Positions 11,578 through 25,039 of a stretch of DNA of 64,000 nt are shown one piece after another (position 1 is the first letter of the stretch; each line of letters opens with the position of its first letter). A program made the translations under genes and the position numbers. Source of the DNA: Octopus sinensis (Eukaryota); the NCBI RefSeq assembly GCF_006345805.1, contig NC_043020.1:14942001-15006000 (forward strand), in the 5' to 3' direction. The notes beneath the pieces are model-generated. The model was not told the DNA's origin and made no database searches. It was given only the letters and a program-made list of their open reading frames with translations.

Positions 11578-13269
11578 GTTGTGTGCTCAGACAGAAACAC
11601 AGGGCTATAATGCTGCGCTAATGGGGCAGCCTCTGTGTCGCCGTTTGAGCTGCTTTGAATAGCAGCCAAATCTCCCTCAAATCATTTTAACGTCTTAAAA
11701 AGGATAGTATGCATTAGTTGATATAGTAGTCATAGATATATATATATATATTGGGGGTGGGGGGATGGATGATTACATACAACTGGGGAAACCTTTGATC
11801 ACAAGTGTCCTTTGTCAGGGTCTGATTTGGGTCGATGCGACAATAACAACGTCCACAATACGGCCCCACTCCCCCCTTTTTTTTTTTTACCTTCTGAGTA
11901 AATTATTGTGAAATTAGCGTTATTGTCGATAGCTTACCCCCACCTTTAAAAAAAAAAAAAAAAAATTGAAATTATTTTAACCCCCAAAGAGGTATTTGTA
12001 ATATATTTAAGGCTGTGTGCTCCAGTGCACCTTCCGTCGTAGTAATCAATATAAACTAAAGAACAATAAAGCGAACGCTAAACTCCTCGGGTATCAATTA
12101 TTTTGGTAGTTGAACCATCGTGTAACGTTGTTGTTTTAGCCCTTGGTTAGCCTTGCCTAAGTAGATATAGGACTGAAGGTATTCCAGATATGACCATCCC
12201 ATTAAAAAAATTTTTTTTTTTACTAGTCATCGAAAAACAGTATTCTCGAAATATGTCCTTAATTTAGTTGGGGTTTTTTTTTCCATTTATTTATCATGTT
12301 GGACGACTGCATAGAAGCTACATAGTCGGCCTGTATTGTGTAAGGTCGTTATATGTGCGTGATGTCGCAGTTTCGATCCCTGGCCATATCCAAACCAGCC
12401 TTGTTTAAACGATGACGCAGTCTCCTGCTGTTCAAGATCTGTTCGTTTTTCTATCCCACTTATTCTCCCATTCCTTGTGTGTGTGTGTGTAATCTTCACA
12501 TTGTATTTTTTAATTTCGTGTTAATTTGCTCGTGTTTGTGTGTTTGGTCAATATATAGGCTACGTATATATATAAAATGTGTGTGTGTGTATTCATGTGT
12601 GCGTATGTGCATATAAATGTACACACGCACGCGCATAATAGTGAAATATGTAATTATATATATATAGGTATATATTCGTATATATATATGTATATTTGTA
12701 CGACTTTATATAACTAATCTTAGATGTATTTAAATGAACGCAGATCCCTGATTATATTGACTACAACTTAAGATTTCTTTATGTCAGTTAATAATCTAAT
12801 TGTTTACATGCTATTCGATTAAAATATACACCCATTATGATAGATAGCAACACAAAGAAATTAACTCTCCATTATGTTGTGATGAACCTCGACATTAAAA
12901 TCTCTCATGTTTTCCTATGAAATATGAACATTTTTTATTTATTATTCCATTTTCTTTATATCGAAGCGATATATAAATCGTGTCTTTCTCTGATAAATAA
13001 ATGCTACGCGTCCTGCCCTTGTCGATACTTTAATACTACGCTTAAATATTCCTTTTATTATGAGAGAAAAATAAAGATATTTTCGAATGTTATAAGCTAT
13101 AAATGTGTGCGTTTTTCTAAATGGTCTTCGCTACCTCCTTTTATGTAGATTATTTTTTTTTTGTGGTGAATATACTGAAAATTTCATACGCATAAAAAAA
13201 AAAACAGATGTTAGCCCTGCCCCCTTGTCCTATAATAAACCTACATTTTTCTGTCTCATTGTTATCTTT

Positions 13270-13730
13270 GTTGGTCTGACTCCAACTCTCTCGGCATTAT
13301 CTTTGCTGGTCTGACTCCAACTCTCTCTCTCTCTCCATTATCTCAGTTGGTCTGACTCCGTCGGTCTTATTAATCTACTTAGCTGGTTTGACTCCACTTG
13401 CCTCACCTCAGCTGGTCTGACTCCTATCTAACTGTTGTTTCAGACGGTCTGACTCTATCTCGTTATTTTATCTGGTCTAAATCCGTCTGTTTTGACTCCA
13501 CTTGTCTCCTCTCGGCTAGTCGGACTCCATCTATTATCATTTATTTTAGCTGGTCTGATTCCATCGGTCTTATCTTAGCTGATCTAACTTCGTCGGTCTT
13601 AGCTAATCTGACTCCACCTGTCTCATCTCGGCTGGTCTAACTTCGTCGGTCTTCGCTAATCTGAGACTCCACCTGTCTCATCTCGGCTGGTCTAATTCCG
13701 TCTGTCTCGTTACAGCTGGTCAGACTGTTT
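13270..13730. repeat. Degenerate array of about 16 copies of a (gct)ggtctgactcca core
   Basis: The core or variants recur every 15-40 bp, and actccacctgtctcatctcggctggtctaa is exactly duplicated at 13611 and 13667. Confidence 0.85.
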
Positions 13731-14995
13731 ATTTTCCCGTGTCTGTGTTCACTTGCTTTCTTCTGTCCATATTGTCGGTCCTCCTCTGCCTCTTTCGTCG
13801 CCCTCACTTCAACCCTCTTTTTGTGTTTCTCTCCTTTTCACGAAATAACTCCATTTATCTCTGTCTCTACTGTCCTCTCCCACATAAAAATTTGCTCAGT
13901 ATCACTCTACGTACACACACATTACTAATATTTGGTTTTTAACTACCAACACCAATCCAAACCATTTTTTATTTTAGTCTTGGTTTAATTTTACTATGAG
14001 TGTGTGTACTCTGTCTGGCATTGCTCACCAAAGTTTTGTGGTTTATTTTAAATGTCCAATACCATTTTCTTGTTAGCTTCATATATAATAGTTCTACCAT
14101 CACCTGATGCTTTTTACTTTTAAATCTTTTGGCTAATAAAATTGCTCTAATTTGGATAAATGGATTGCCAAGATTTTCACTGTAAAAGTTAATATTAAAT
14201 TTATGAGGATCAATTTGAAAAATAGACATCTTACTATTGTTCCTTTTTTCCATTTTTCTATTAGAAATTTGGAAAAATAAAATACCTATTTGCTTTTCCT
14301 TTTCTTGTATTATCTTGTAAATTTAGAATGCGTATTTTGAAAATATTGGTATGATGAAACTTTAATAGGGTGGTTGTTTAAATGGGATGTTTTGCTGTTT
14401 CATGTCTTCTGATAATTGAATCAATGCCATTTCAATGGATATTCAAGAATAGGTATCACTGTAGATTTGTTGTAGAAAAGTCAATTATAAATTACTACTA
14501 CTACTACTGTTGTACCGTAAATGGTATAATTCTACAGGTTAGTCACCTTTGTGTCTGTCACAGTTCCACAATGTAGTTGGTGGTGTGTGGGATTGAAGGG
14601 AGTGTTAGGGAAAATTATCTGGTGGTGGCAGTGATTCTATTAGTTGTGTAGTCGCAGTAAAGAGATGATTACATTGTCAGTGACATTGTACTTTATGGTA
14701 ATAAGATCAGGAGGAGGGGAAACAAATTTGGTGACGGTTATTTGCAGTTCTTGGTTCTAACGCATATAGACACATGAAATACTTTTAGTATGTCAACCTT
14801 GACACATCTAAGTGTAATGTAATCTAGTATAATGTTTGTTTAGCCACAGGCCAACTAAGGTGACAGAGATCTATGACAAAAATCATGTCAATTCTATTCT
14901 GGCCACATATCTTCTTCTCAGTGTATCTAGGACTATTTTATGTTTTTTTTTTATGGAGGTTTAAATGTTTTGTGTTGGAGCTTTTTTTTTTTTTT

Positions 14996-15155
14996 TACAC
15001 TCACGGAGTGGTTGGCGTTAGGAAGGGCATCCAGCCGTAGAAACACTGCCAGATCAGACTGGGCCCGGTGTAGCCTTCTGGCTTCCCAGACCATAGTTGA
15101 ACCGTCCAACCCATGCTAGCATGGAAAGTGGACGCTAAACGATGATGATGATGAT
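14996..15155 (+). mobile_element. Family D repeat, young 5'-truncated copy
   Basis: gtggttggcgttaggaagggcatccagccgtagaaac...catgctagcatggaaagtggacgctaaac(gat)n. Confidence 0.8.
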
Positions 15156-15550
15156 AGTATAGGTCAGTCTAATATAATAATATTGAATCCTTCTGTAATA
15201 TTCCAACTACATTAGCCAATTTTTTTCCATTTTTAAAGTGATAGGGTGACGTTTGGTTTCTAATTCTAGCAGCCAGGAATCATGTAGAGGTCCTTCTTTG
15301 ATTCAGTGTATAATTCAAACTTGATTGAGATGACATATGGCATGAAGTAGTTCCACGTACTCAATGCTTTGTATGCAGATTACCGTACTGTGCCTTTTTG
15401 AGTATGGTAGTCTGGACATGTTTATTGTTTTCTTCACTGCCCTGTCAGCAGATTTTGGTGACGGGCACAATGAGGATGCACAAGGTAGAGACTGAATGTG
15501 ATAGCTGTTGTTCCACAGTACATGCTGTTGGTGTATTCATCTCAGTACAG

Positions 15551-15769
15551 TTACTCTTTTTACTCTTTTACTAGTTCCAGTCATTTGACTGCGGCCATGC
15601 TGGAGCACCGCCTTTAATCGAGCAACTCGATCCCGGGACTTATTCTTTTGTAAGCCCAGTACTTATTCTATCGGTCTCTTTTGCCGAACCGCTAAGTGAT
15701 GGGGACATAAACACACCAGCATCGGTTGTCAAGCAATGCTAGGGGGGGACAAACACAGACATACAAACT

Positions 15770-15804
<35 letters not shown>

Positions 15805-15966
15805 GACGAGCTTCTTTCAGTTTCCGTCTACCAAATCCACTCACAACGCTTTGGCCAGCTCGAGGCTATAGTAGAAGACACTTGCCCAAGGTGTCACGCA
15901 GTGGGACTGAACCCGGAACCATGTGGTTGGTAAACAAGCTACTTACCACACAGCCACTCCTGTGCC
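15551..15966 (-). mobile_element. tRNA-derived SINE family B (CORE-like), full length
   Basis: On the minus strand: A box tggctgtgtggt, B box gggttcagtccc, cttgggcaagtgtctt, internal (AT)/(GT) microsatellite and tail gactgaaacaagtaaaagag. Confidence 0.9.
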
Positions 15967-16989
15967 TATGATTAGTTATTGATTCTTTTTTTTTTTTTTT
16001 ATCTTGATGCTAAATGTGTGTGATAGTTTTTGGGATGGTAATGTGCTCTAAATGAGTTGGACAGTGGCTGAGTCGTAGCAGGGATTGGAGTTTATCATAG
16101 TTAACCTCTTACCTATCCAACCAGTTTTCCATTTGAAGGTTTTAAAGTAAGATGTGTCACTGCAGTAAACTACAATTTTCTCTGTTCCTTCCATAACTTG
16201 TACCATCCTTAAAAAACACTATCACTCATCTATCAAGTCTAGATTTCTACATGTGTAACTGTGTGAAGTGGTAAGAAGAGGCAACTGTGATTACTGTGTG
16301 AGGTTGAGTAGAGGAGCAGGTGGCAGGTTTTATAGAGATGTTTAAAAAATATGTATGAGGATGTTGGTACACCGTTTAAAAAATTTCAGATTCTGGATCT
16401 GATGTTGTTGGGCTAATTTAATCTAGAAGTGCAACATACTGCACATTGTTGCAATGGTTCCAATATTATTATGATGATAGCATTAAAAAAAAATTTCAAT
16501 ATGAAATGTTTTTGTTCTTTTTCTAAGAGTGAAGTCCATCCATTTGGCACCAAATGCTGGTAAAAAAAAAAAAAAAAAAACTATAGCAAAATGCCTTGCT
16601 GATTATATAAGTGACTACACTTGTAACCATAGTGAAATATCGCCATAAGTATCTTGATGGTTACAAACCATGATTTGTAAATGTAGGAAAATGTTGTGAG
16701 CTGGAATATACAAGTTTTTGGCTTGATTGCATTTGGTTGAATATTATTCAAGATTTGTTTATTCTAGAAAAATGCAGAATCTTATGTTTTAAGTAGTTGT
16801 CTATATAAACAGGTCAGTTTGTAAATCTAGAATGATTGCTCTTTGAAACCTCCATCTAAATAATGAAGTATTTAAAAGCAAGACTGAATGTAGGAAATTA
16901 AATTGGAACTTGTAAATGTCAAGTAAAATTCTGCGTGTGTGTGTGTGCATGAACATAAGGACATCGTAGTCCATTGAAATCAGAGGCTA

Positions 16990-17460
16990 TGTCATCCACC
17001 CTTAGATTACAACACAAAACCTTCCAAGTTCCTACAAACTGCAAGACTGTACAACATATAATACCTGGTGACCCTACAAAGCATGACTAAAGCTACATCT
17101 TGAACTAGAGACCAGAAAATTTGTCAGCTCTGAACAGTTGCTGACCTTTTATGAAACTCAACTACAACTGAAGATGAAATATTGCTCCCACATCTGGGAC
17201 AATGCTGTGATTGCACATCCTCAAAAAGGCTGACCAACTAATTGATAAATTACATGTACACACATGTACTTAACAAGTCCACAGCCACTTTTCACCTCGT
17301 GTACTGACACTATGATGGCTTCTGTTTCTCTAGATTTGCTAGTTTTATACCAGTTCCAAATGAGCTCACTTGCAAATTTTCCTGCAAATGATGGTTTTAC
17401 AGATGTTGAACTTCCATCTGTTTGGAATGTCATTGACACTGACTCTTGTTATCACTGAAA
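16990..17460 (+). mobile_element. Old LINE (CR1/Jockey group) RT C-terminal remnant
   Basis: Decayed peptides EQLLTFYETQLQLKMKYCSHIWDNA and FHLVY*HYDGFCFSRFASFIP resemble LYK..IRP.MEYCSHIW and LFYRYY.G.CS.EL..LIP. Confidence 0.45.
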
Positions 17461-17799
17461 TAATTCAATAGAAATTGAGGAAATATATATATATATATAA
17501 GAAAATGTTAAGAATTAGTGTATTTTTGAAGTGATGGTTGATTTTGTTGAGATTAAAAGTAGCCAATGAAATATTTTGCTGGTCAGCTTAATTTGCAAAA
17601 CTTAAGAACTGATTTAAAAAAAAAAATTAATCTTTGAGTCATTCCATGCTTGAGATCAAGCAAAAAATTACCGATGTACTTGGAAAGTTAAAAACTATTT
17701 TAAAGTGAAAAATTTAGAAAAAATTGTAGGAAAATATTGCTTATGTTTTATCAAACATATTTGTGTCTAACAAAATTATAACATGTTCAAGATAATGTA

Positions 17800-18062
17800 A
17801 CAGCCTGTTCGTGAAATTAATGTGCAAGTGGCTGAGCATGCATACGTACCCTTAGCATAGTTCTTGAGGAGATTCAGCGTGATACAGAATATGGCATGGT
17901 TGGCCCCTTGAAATGCAGGTACTACTCATTTTTGCCAGCTGAGCAGACTGGAGGAATGTGAAATAAAGCGTTTTGCTCAAAGACACAACGCATGGCCAAG
18001 AATTGAAGTCCCAACCTTACGATTGTTGGCCAAATACTCCAACCACTAAGCTGCACACCTTC
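17800..18062 (-). mobile_element. tRNA-derived SINE family C
   Basis: The minus strand begins with a tRNA-like head (cttagtggtt...), then tgtgtctttgagcaaaacgc and ccagtctgctcagctggcaaaaatgagtag. Related to the copies at 24601, 44085 and 52215. Confidence 0.8.
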
Positions 18063-21000
18063 CAGTATAAATAGATTTTATAAAGCCTTAAATTATAGTT
18101 TTAAAAATATGTAGTATACCTAGATTCTCATTGTGATATATTTAGCGTACTATGAACCATTATCTTGTGGTTTTGCTACTTTTAAATTGGGCCTGTAACT
18201 TAATTTTGGTAACCGACTGTTTCTCTTCATTTGTTTCACTTTTCGTTTTTCAAATCTGCACTATCCATTTCCTCTCAACTATTGGTATCCAAATTATCTC
18301 CAGAAAATTATAGAATAATTGGAACTTACCATTTATATGTAAACTAATGAATGGCATGTCTTTGTATAGAGCTTTGAATTATGACTCAAGTTATGAATTC
18401 TGTAATTTTTTTATAGGTTTTTTTCTTTAGATAGTTTTATATGAATTTGCTTTGGATTATTAATATTTGTTTTTTTTTTTCATTGTAAAACAATGTATGA
18501 ACTTCATTTGGTTCCATATATGTATTCCAGTTTTAGAACAGGTACACATCCCTTCCTGTTATAAGGGCTTCTTACTGTAAAACACTGCCTCAGAAAATCC
18601 TTTCAATCCAAACCATCAAAGAAATATCAAATGTAAAACAACGATGAGACACAGTTCTAACAGGGATGTAATACTATTTACCATGTATTTTTTATTTAAT
18701 TTGCTTAGCTGAGGTGCTATTTTGAATGATGTCTTGCTCATTGTCTTTAAAAATGACAAGAAATATTTTGGTTTTTGACCACTGTGACAAATATAATTTG
18801 TGTACAGTCATTAAAAAATGGAATTTTAATATGTACACTTTTCTCTTGCTAACATTCTTAGTCTTTTGTAAAATTAATTTACATAACTTGTTGGGTTAAG
18901 TGGATTCAGTATTAATCATTACAGCTGTGTTTGTGTATCATATTTAGTTAATTAACTATAGGCTGAAATAAGGGTAGGTGTGTATTTTGCATAAGGATTT
19001 ATAGTAATGTGCATACCAGTAGCCATGTTTGAAACTTTGACCTTTAGGTTACATTTCTAAATCTAACACCTTGGCTTTATATAAAAACGATCCTTATAAA
19101 ATGTTCAAGGAGGGTTGAACTTTGTACTGCTTTTAAAGTTGATTTGCATAAACTGTTTTGCTGGGCAATAAAGGTAATACCAGCCAGCTGTGAATAGATA
19201 AGGTACCACCTGGATTGCTCTGATTATCTTGTGAATTGCAAGTACCTGCTTGGTGGTACTGTATCATGACAATAGAATGTAAAGGAAGAAGTAAGGTTAG
19301 CTATAAGATTGTTGGGTAACACAGATAAGGTAATACAGTAGTCAGTGGAGTAGTAATATGCTGTTTATGGACTTGTCCAATCATTGGATATTTTTTAAAT
19401 TCAAATTGTGATCTTTCCATAAAGACTGAAGTAAATCAGTTGTCAGGACCGAATCCCTCAAAATTCATCTAACATTTCACTTCACATGATGCTTTGATTG
19501 GTCCTACTAAATGGTAATCTCTATTTGTCCTGTTCTTTTTATTCAAATTGAATTATGTAAATTAATCTTCTGATTATTGTTTTTGGCATTGGATCTGATG
19601 TTCTTTCCAATAAAGCTGGCATGAAGTTTATAGGTAACATCAGTTCAATAATGCTAATATTTCAGCTTTCTATCGACTTGGAATTTCAGGCATTAACCCT
19701 GTATTGCATGAATTATTAAGGCCAAATACAAAAAAATGATTTTTACTGAAAAACCCATCAAAATCCATAACTGGAAAATGAATCTTTGCAAATTTTTACG
19801 TTAGTGTGAATATTTTGGGTTTAGTTAATTTAAAACATTATGTAAAGAAGGCAAATAAAAACATAATTAGATACTTGAAATGTAATTTATTATCACTTCA
19901 AGGCTATTTAAAAACACAAGGACAATAAAAAGTGTCTGCTTGATATATGGAAAAACAAAAGCTGTAGTCGTTTGGAAATGCTTTTATTCAGCTTGAAAGT
20001 GCTTGAAACAATTTGAGTTTGCATTGCCACAGATAACTCTTGCAATAGATTCAATCTGGTTTATTACATCTACCCTTTTTTACTGCTTTCCATATACTGG
20101 GGCCAGTGATCTATACCATCCATGTGGATTGACTATTTGGCATTGGAGCTGTTGATCCTCTGGACTTTTGGCCAGTATGTCTTTCCACTTTGCTTAGTGG
20201 TGGGTATCCTCTTTTTGGCTGACTTGGATTTACCTGGACTCACAAGTGACTCAGAAATTCTCATCTTGAAATCTAAGTTTTATATTTGATGCATTCTCAG
20301 GTTCATTACATCAAATATGTCATGATTGTACCACAATCTCATTGGGAAAGTGGAAAATAAGTCAGTAGTACAATTTTTTTTCCTGTAAAAGCTCACTATC
20401 TCATTCAGTAAATCTATTTTACCCATAAATTTGTTGTATACGTTAACAATTGAATGACATGAGATGGTTATGCAATACTTTGCTTTTCTGTCAAATCTGG
20501 AGACTTAAAGGGTTGGATTGACTGCGTAATATGTTGGTAACAGAATAACACCACTGTTATCAAACCAGTTTACTGTATGTAACTCTACACCATTAAATTT
20601 GGTTGGCCACTACCTTTTTTCTTTAATACTGCATCTGATGACAGGTTACAACAAGGGAAATGGTTAGCATGTGCTGTACCAACACATGCTATACCCTGTT
20701 CATGTAAGGTCTTTACAGGATGAACACCTGTACATCAGTTGTTGAAATACAGTTTGTGCCATTTGTTTCTTGGTATATTTTGCAGCAATATCATCTCAAT
20801 ATTTCCTTTTAAGTCTGGTTGATTTGGGTAGGTTCCAACTGCACCAGTGTAGACTTCAAGTCCATCTATTTCTGACAATACATGCAACTTTTTTTAGTTT
20901 CTGGAGGTTATGTTGCTTGATTTCAGATTTACCTTTGAAAAGAAGCATTTCCTTGTTAATGCATCACCTTTCACATGGGTTAATTTCAGCAAACGTCTTT

Positions 21001-21672
21001 TTCAAGGGGTCAACAGTCTAACCTTGTACGATCTATCTGTACAGTCTTAAGGACAAGCCAGATTGTCATTGGAGTGTAAAAACTCAATTTTTTTTCGAAG
21101 TGATTTAGTTACAACACTGGCAATTGGACTTGTCACATAAAGTATTCAAAAAAATTGTTCCAGCTCTGCTCTTGTCAAATTGAGTGGAGTGTCAGGGTTA
21201 CATTGATTAGCATATTTGATTTTTTAAAACTCTGTTTCATTTTCAATGTTTTGCTGTGTAACATACTCATCATTATTATAATTACTGTCAGATGACAATT
21301 CACTTTCCTCTGATACATTCAGTGGTGGAATGTGTGGTAGCTTTTGTGCAATGAGAGGAAGTACTTTCTTTTTACCATAGAAACTGCTGCAGTTCATTTG
21401 AAAGGTGATGATATTGCAAGGCTTTATAAAGTTGCTCAGAAAAAGCTGAAATTCTCAATTCTCAATTTGTACATTCAATCACTTTCAGCTTATAATTATG
21501 CCAGAATGCAGTGTTGCTTTAAAGTAACAAAGCATACAAATAACATTCTGCATGCTTTTCTATCAAGACCCATGAGCAATTTTACTTAGTGAAAGAATGC
21601 TTTTACTTGTGGAATTGTAAAAAATTAAAAATTGTTCATACCTCATAGCTTTAGTGAAGTTTTCCAGCTTAA

Positions 21673-21893
21673 CTCTTTTGATACCAACCCAGCTGAAACT
21701 GCCTCTGGCTCTGTAGTACAAATCTCTTGTTTTCAAAAGTTATGAATTAAAATCTTCCACCAAAAACTTAGTCACAATTTATGTTCCTAACACTAGCTTG
21801 ATAACTAAGTTATTTTACTAAATTCTTTGTTATATTTTAAAGTTAAACAAAAGAAACACTGAGCATCTCAACAGAAACATGGTAACAAAAGGG
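21673..21893. mobile_element. TTAA-targeting (piggyBac-type) MITE nested in the piggyBac relic
   Basis: TTAA-ctcttttgatacca ... tggtaacaaaaggg-TTAA. Related copy at about 23705-23935 and a fragment at about 37515. Confidence 0.8.
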
Positions 21894-21903
21894 TTAAAGT
21901 TTG

Positions 21904-22175
21904 TCATCATCATCACCACCACCATCTGGTGTCCATTTTCTATGATGGCATGGGTAAACTGGTTTGACTAGGATTTGTAAGCCAGAGAGTTGCACCAAAC
22001 TCCAGTCTTTTTTTGGTTTGGTTTCTACAGCTGGATGTCCTTAATGCCAGCCTCTCTACAGAATATACTAGGTGACTTTTATGTGACACTGGCATGGGTG
22101 CCATTTGTGTGTTACCAGCATGGGTGCCTTTCATGTATCACTGGCACTGGCTACGATTATGATTTCACTTAGCTG
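21904..22175 (-). mobile_element. Family D repeat nested in the piggyBac relic
   Basis: (CAT)n tail, ctacagctggatgtcc and gtgacactggcatgggtgcc modules. Confidence 0.7.
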
Positions 22176-22496
22176 TGAGACCAGTATCCCATCAGTATTT
22201 GCACGTGTTGTTTTCTAAAAGAAAGTCTGCTGATTGTTTTGAAATATAGAATGTAAGTTTTTGCCATAAAGCCTTGTTTACACTTAGGATTTCCATTTAA
22301 AATGGTAAAATTGCTGTTTCTTTAAATTAACACTATGAATTTAAGAATTTTTTGGGGGGTTTGTTGCTTTAAATACAAAGCATGCAGTATAGGGTTAAGT
22401 ACCCCTAAATCATGTTTTACACTGTACCTCCAGCTTTTACAGTAAGATATGTGATCTACTCTACCTATGTTAGCATTAAAGTATTTATGTATTCGT

Positions 22497-22880
22497 CTAC
22501 TTGTTTCAATCATTTTACTGGCTATGCTGGAGCACTGCCTTATAGGTTTTTTTTTAGTCACAGAAATTGACCCCAGTACTTGTTCTTTGTAAGCCTCATA
22601 CTTATTCTATCGGTCTCTTTTGCTGAACCACTAAGTTACAGGTACGTAGACACACCAACATCGGTTGTTAAGCAATTGCGGGGTGACAGACAGACACACA
22701 AATATGTGTGTATTTATATATGTAGACAGGCTTTGTTTCTGTCTACCAAATCCATTCACAAGGCTTAGGTCAGCCTGAGGCTATAGTAGAAGACACTTAC
22801 CCATGGTGCCATGCAGTGGAACTGAACCCAGAACCATGTGGTTGGGAAACAAACTTTTTATCATACAGCCATGCTTGCGT
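22497..22880 (-). mobile_element. SINE family B, diverged copy
   Basis: Colinear with the 15551 copy, with more substitutions. Confidence 0.8.
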
Positions 22881-23704
22881 ATGTAGAAAAAAAAGGAATG
22901 TTATTTGCTGTTTGTAAATGTAGGAACAAGGTTTTTCTTCTTCTGTTGTTCTGGTGTAGCATCTTTAATTTTTTCTTGGAAGATCTTCTGTTCTTCATAA
23001 TGTTGTTCAACAACTGTGACTTCATGGCTTCCAGGTGACAATTAAAAATCTTGATTCTGGTAAGGTCTAGAGATTCTAAACTATATTGTTGCCTAGTTCA
23101 TATAACTTACTTTTGAAATCATATTAAACTTTCGTCTACTTTGCATATAAACCAAACTGTTACCTTCTGTTTGGTTGGCTTTACAGGCACATATTTGACA
23201 GAATGTTAGCCTATCCCTAAATACCTTCATATACATAGAACATAATTTGATAGTTCTCCATTACATAGGGATTCATAATTTGTCATCCATTTCTTGTTGG
23301 ATTGGAGTGTTTTTTCATATGAAAGTACTGCATCAAGGTCATTAAACAATCTGTTCATAAGACTGGTATTGTAAAATCCACCACCAATATATTAATCTGA
23401 GTTTCAATAATTGATTATTCTTGATAATTGCTATATTATCATGAAGATATTGTTGCTTTAGAAAATTAAAGGTTGTGAGTACTCATTATAAATTCTAGTC
23501 TGTTTTAATGGTTCCACACATCAATTTTATTTCAGTCTGTATCAACTAAGAAATTGTTAAGATTACATGTCAAGGGGCAAAAAATGGTAGTTAGTCTTCT
23601 TGTCTTGAATCTTGTGGTAGATAATGATTGGGACTAACATGAAATAATTGGCATACGATTTGGATCCAAACACCAACATTAACTCAGTATTATAAATTTG
23701 ATAC

Positions 23705-23935
23705 TATAAGCTGTTTTGATGCCCACCCATTTGAGACTGTCCCTAGTTCTATGATACAAGCTTTGTTTTAAAATGATCTAAATTAAAATCTTCCATCAAT
23801 ATTTTATGTTCATCTAAATTCCGAACACTAGATTAATAATGCTATAATTATATTATTAAATTCTTCATTATTTTCAAAATAATTGAAACAAAAGCAGTGT
23901 ATTTTCAATGAAAGTATGGTAACAAAAGGGTTAAG
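23705..23935. mobile_element. TTAA-type MITE, same family as 21673
   Basis: Shared aattaaaatcttcca...aacactag...atggtaacaaaagggttaa end. The left end is degenerate. Confidence 0.65.
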
Positions 23936-24600
23936 CATTTCTTACCATTCTGTCCCTCTCTTCAATTTCATAATCAGATAAATCAATATGACATTCTTCA
24001 TTGAGTGCTTGAAATAATTTTCCTTATTAAAATCCTTAGTATTGACATTGCTGTTTCAAAACTCTCTGACGGGATTCAGATAGTGCTGTCATGGAGTTGT
24101 AAAGCAAGAGATTTTAGAAGGAAGAAGGAAATTAATTTGACAAATATATTTGTAGTTCAATTACCTAAGAAGACAAGATGGTGACGAAATATTGTTACAA
24201 GGGGATAAAAATAAAACTGATGATAAACATTTGTAGCAAAACAGGAATTTTAAGGTAAAAACAGAGCTACAAGGATTGTAATTAAACACAAGCTCTTGTT
24301 TTGACAAGAATTCATGATATATGGATTCAAAAGCAAAGTGTACTTAGCATTGGTTAGAGACAGAAAAGATGAATGATATTTAGAGGAAATTCCATTGAAA
24401 CATTTTGGAAACTTATCTTTCAGAAAGGATACTCTTGGAAAAACATTCTGTATGTTTGTTGTTCAGAAATCTTGAGATACCTGCACTTAGTAAGCTACAA
24501 TCATTGACTGTTGTAATGAGTTCATCATTGGGAAAACTGGTAACACAAAGATATTATGATGCAGAAAAATATCATCTCATTTGGTAGATTATTCAACATA

Positions 24601-24735
24601 TGGTGCATGACGTAGTTGTTAGGATGTTGGGCTAACAATTTTAAGGTTGTTAGTTTGATTTCCTGGATTGGATAGCAGGTTGTGTCCTTGAACAAGGCGC
24701 TTCATTTCACATTGCTCCTGTCTACTGAGTTGACA
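24601..24735 (+). mobile_element. SINE family C, 5' part
   Basis: tRNA-like head followed by tgtgtccttgaacaaggcgcttcatttcacattgctcc. Confidence 0.65.
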
Positions 24736-25039
24736 TTGTGTGCCTGCCAAGTGCTTGTGTAGCCCTTTTTATTTTCAGCTGCTACATCCTGAATGCTCTG
24801 CTAGAGTGAGGAATGAGATGGTGTATATATCAGCTTGGAATTACATAGACAACTAAATTAGTGAAACCATTGTACAAGCTACCAACTCATTCATGATTCT
24901 GAGTGCCAGCTAGAATTTGTTGAAGGCCTCCATTTGCAGATCCTGTATCCAGCTCACAATGAGTAATTAGCAAATATCATGAAACATTTTAGAAGCAAAG
25001 ATAAATGTAATACATAACTATAGTTTCTCTGTTTCCCAC

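Larger units (their letters stand above)
19697..22394 (-). mobile_element. Full-extent decayed piggyBac transposon with nested insertions
   Basis: TTAA at 19693-96 and 22395-98, TIR ccctgtattgcatg / catgcagtataggg (12 of 14). Minus-strand transposase fragments: EMLLFKGKSEIKQH, IPRNKWHKLYFNN, GTAHAN...LKKKGSG, WFDNSGV, MDGIDHWPQY. Confidence 0.8.

Noticed and set aside
13270-13730. CRISPR-like repeat-spacer array
   Set aside because: Eukaryotic context, short degenerate repeats, spacers related to each other and of irregular length, and no cas genes.
22924-23058. Possible extra 5' UTR exon ending CTG|GTAAGG
   Set aside because: Good donor but a weak acceptor. Such sites are expected by chance in a 30-kb intron.
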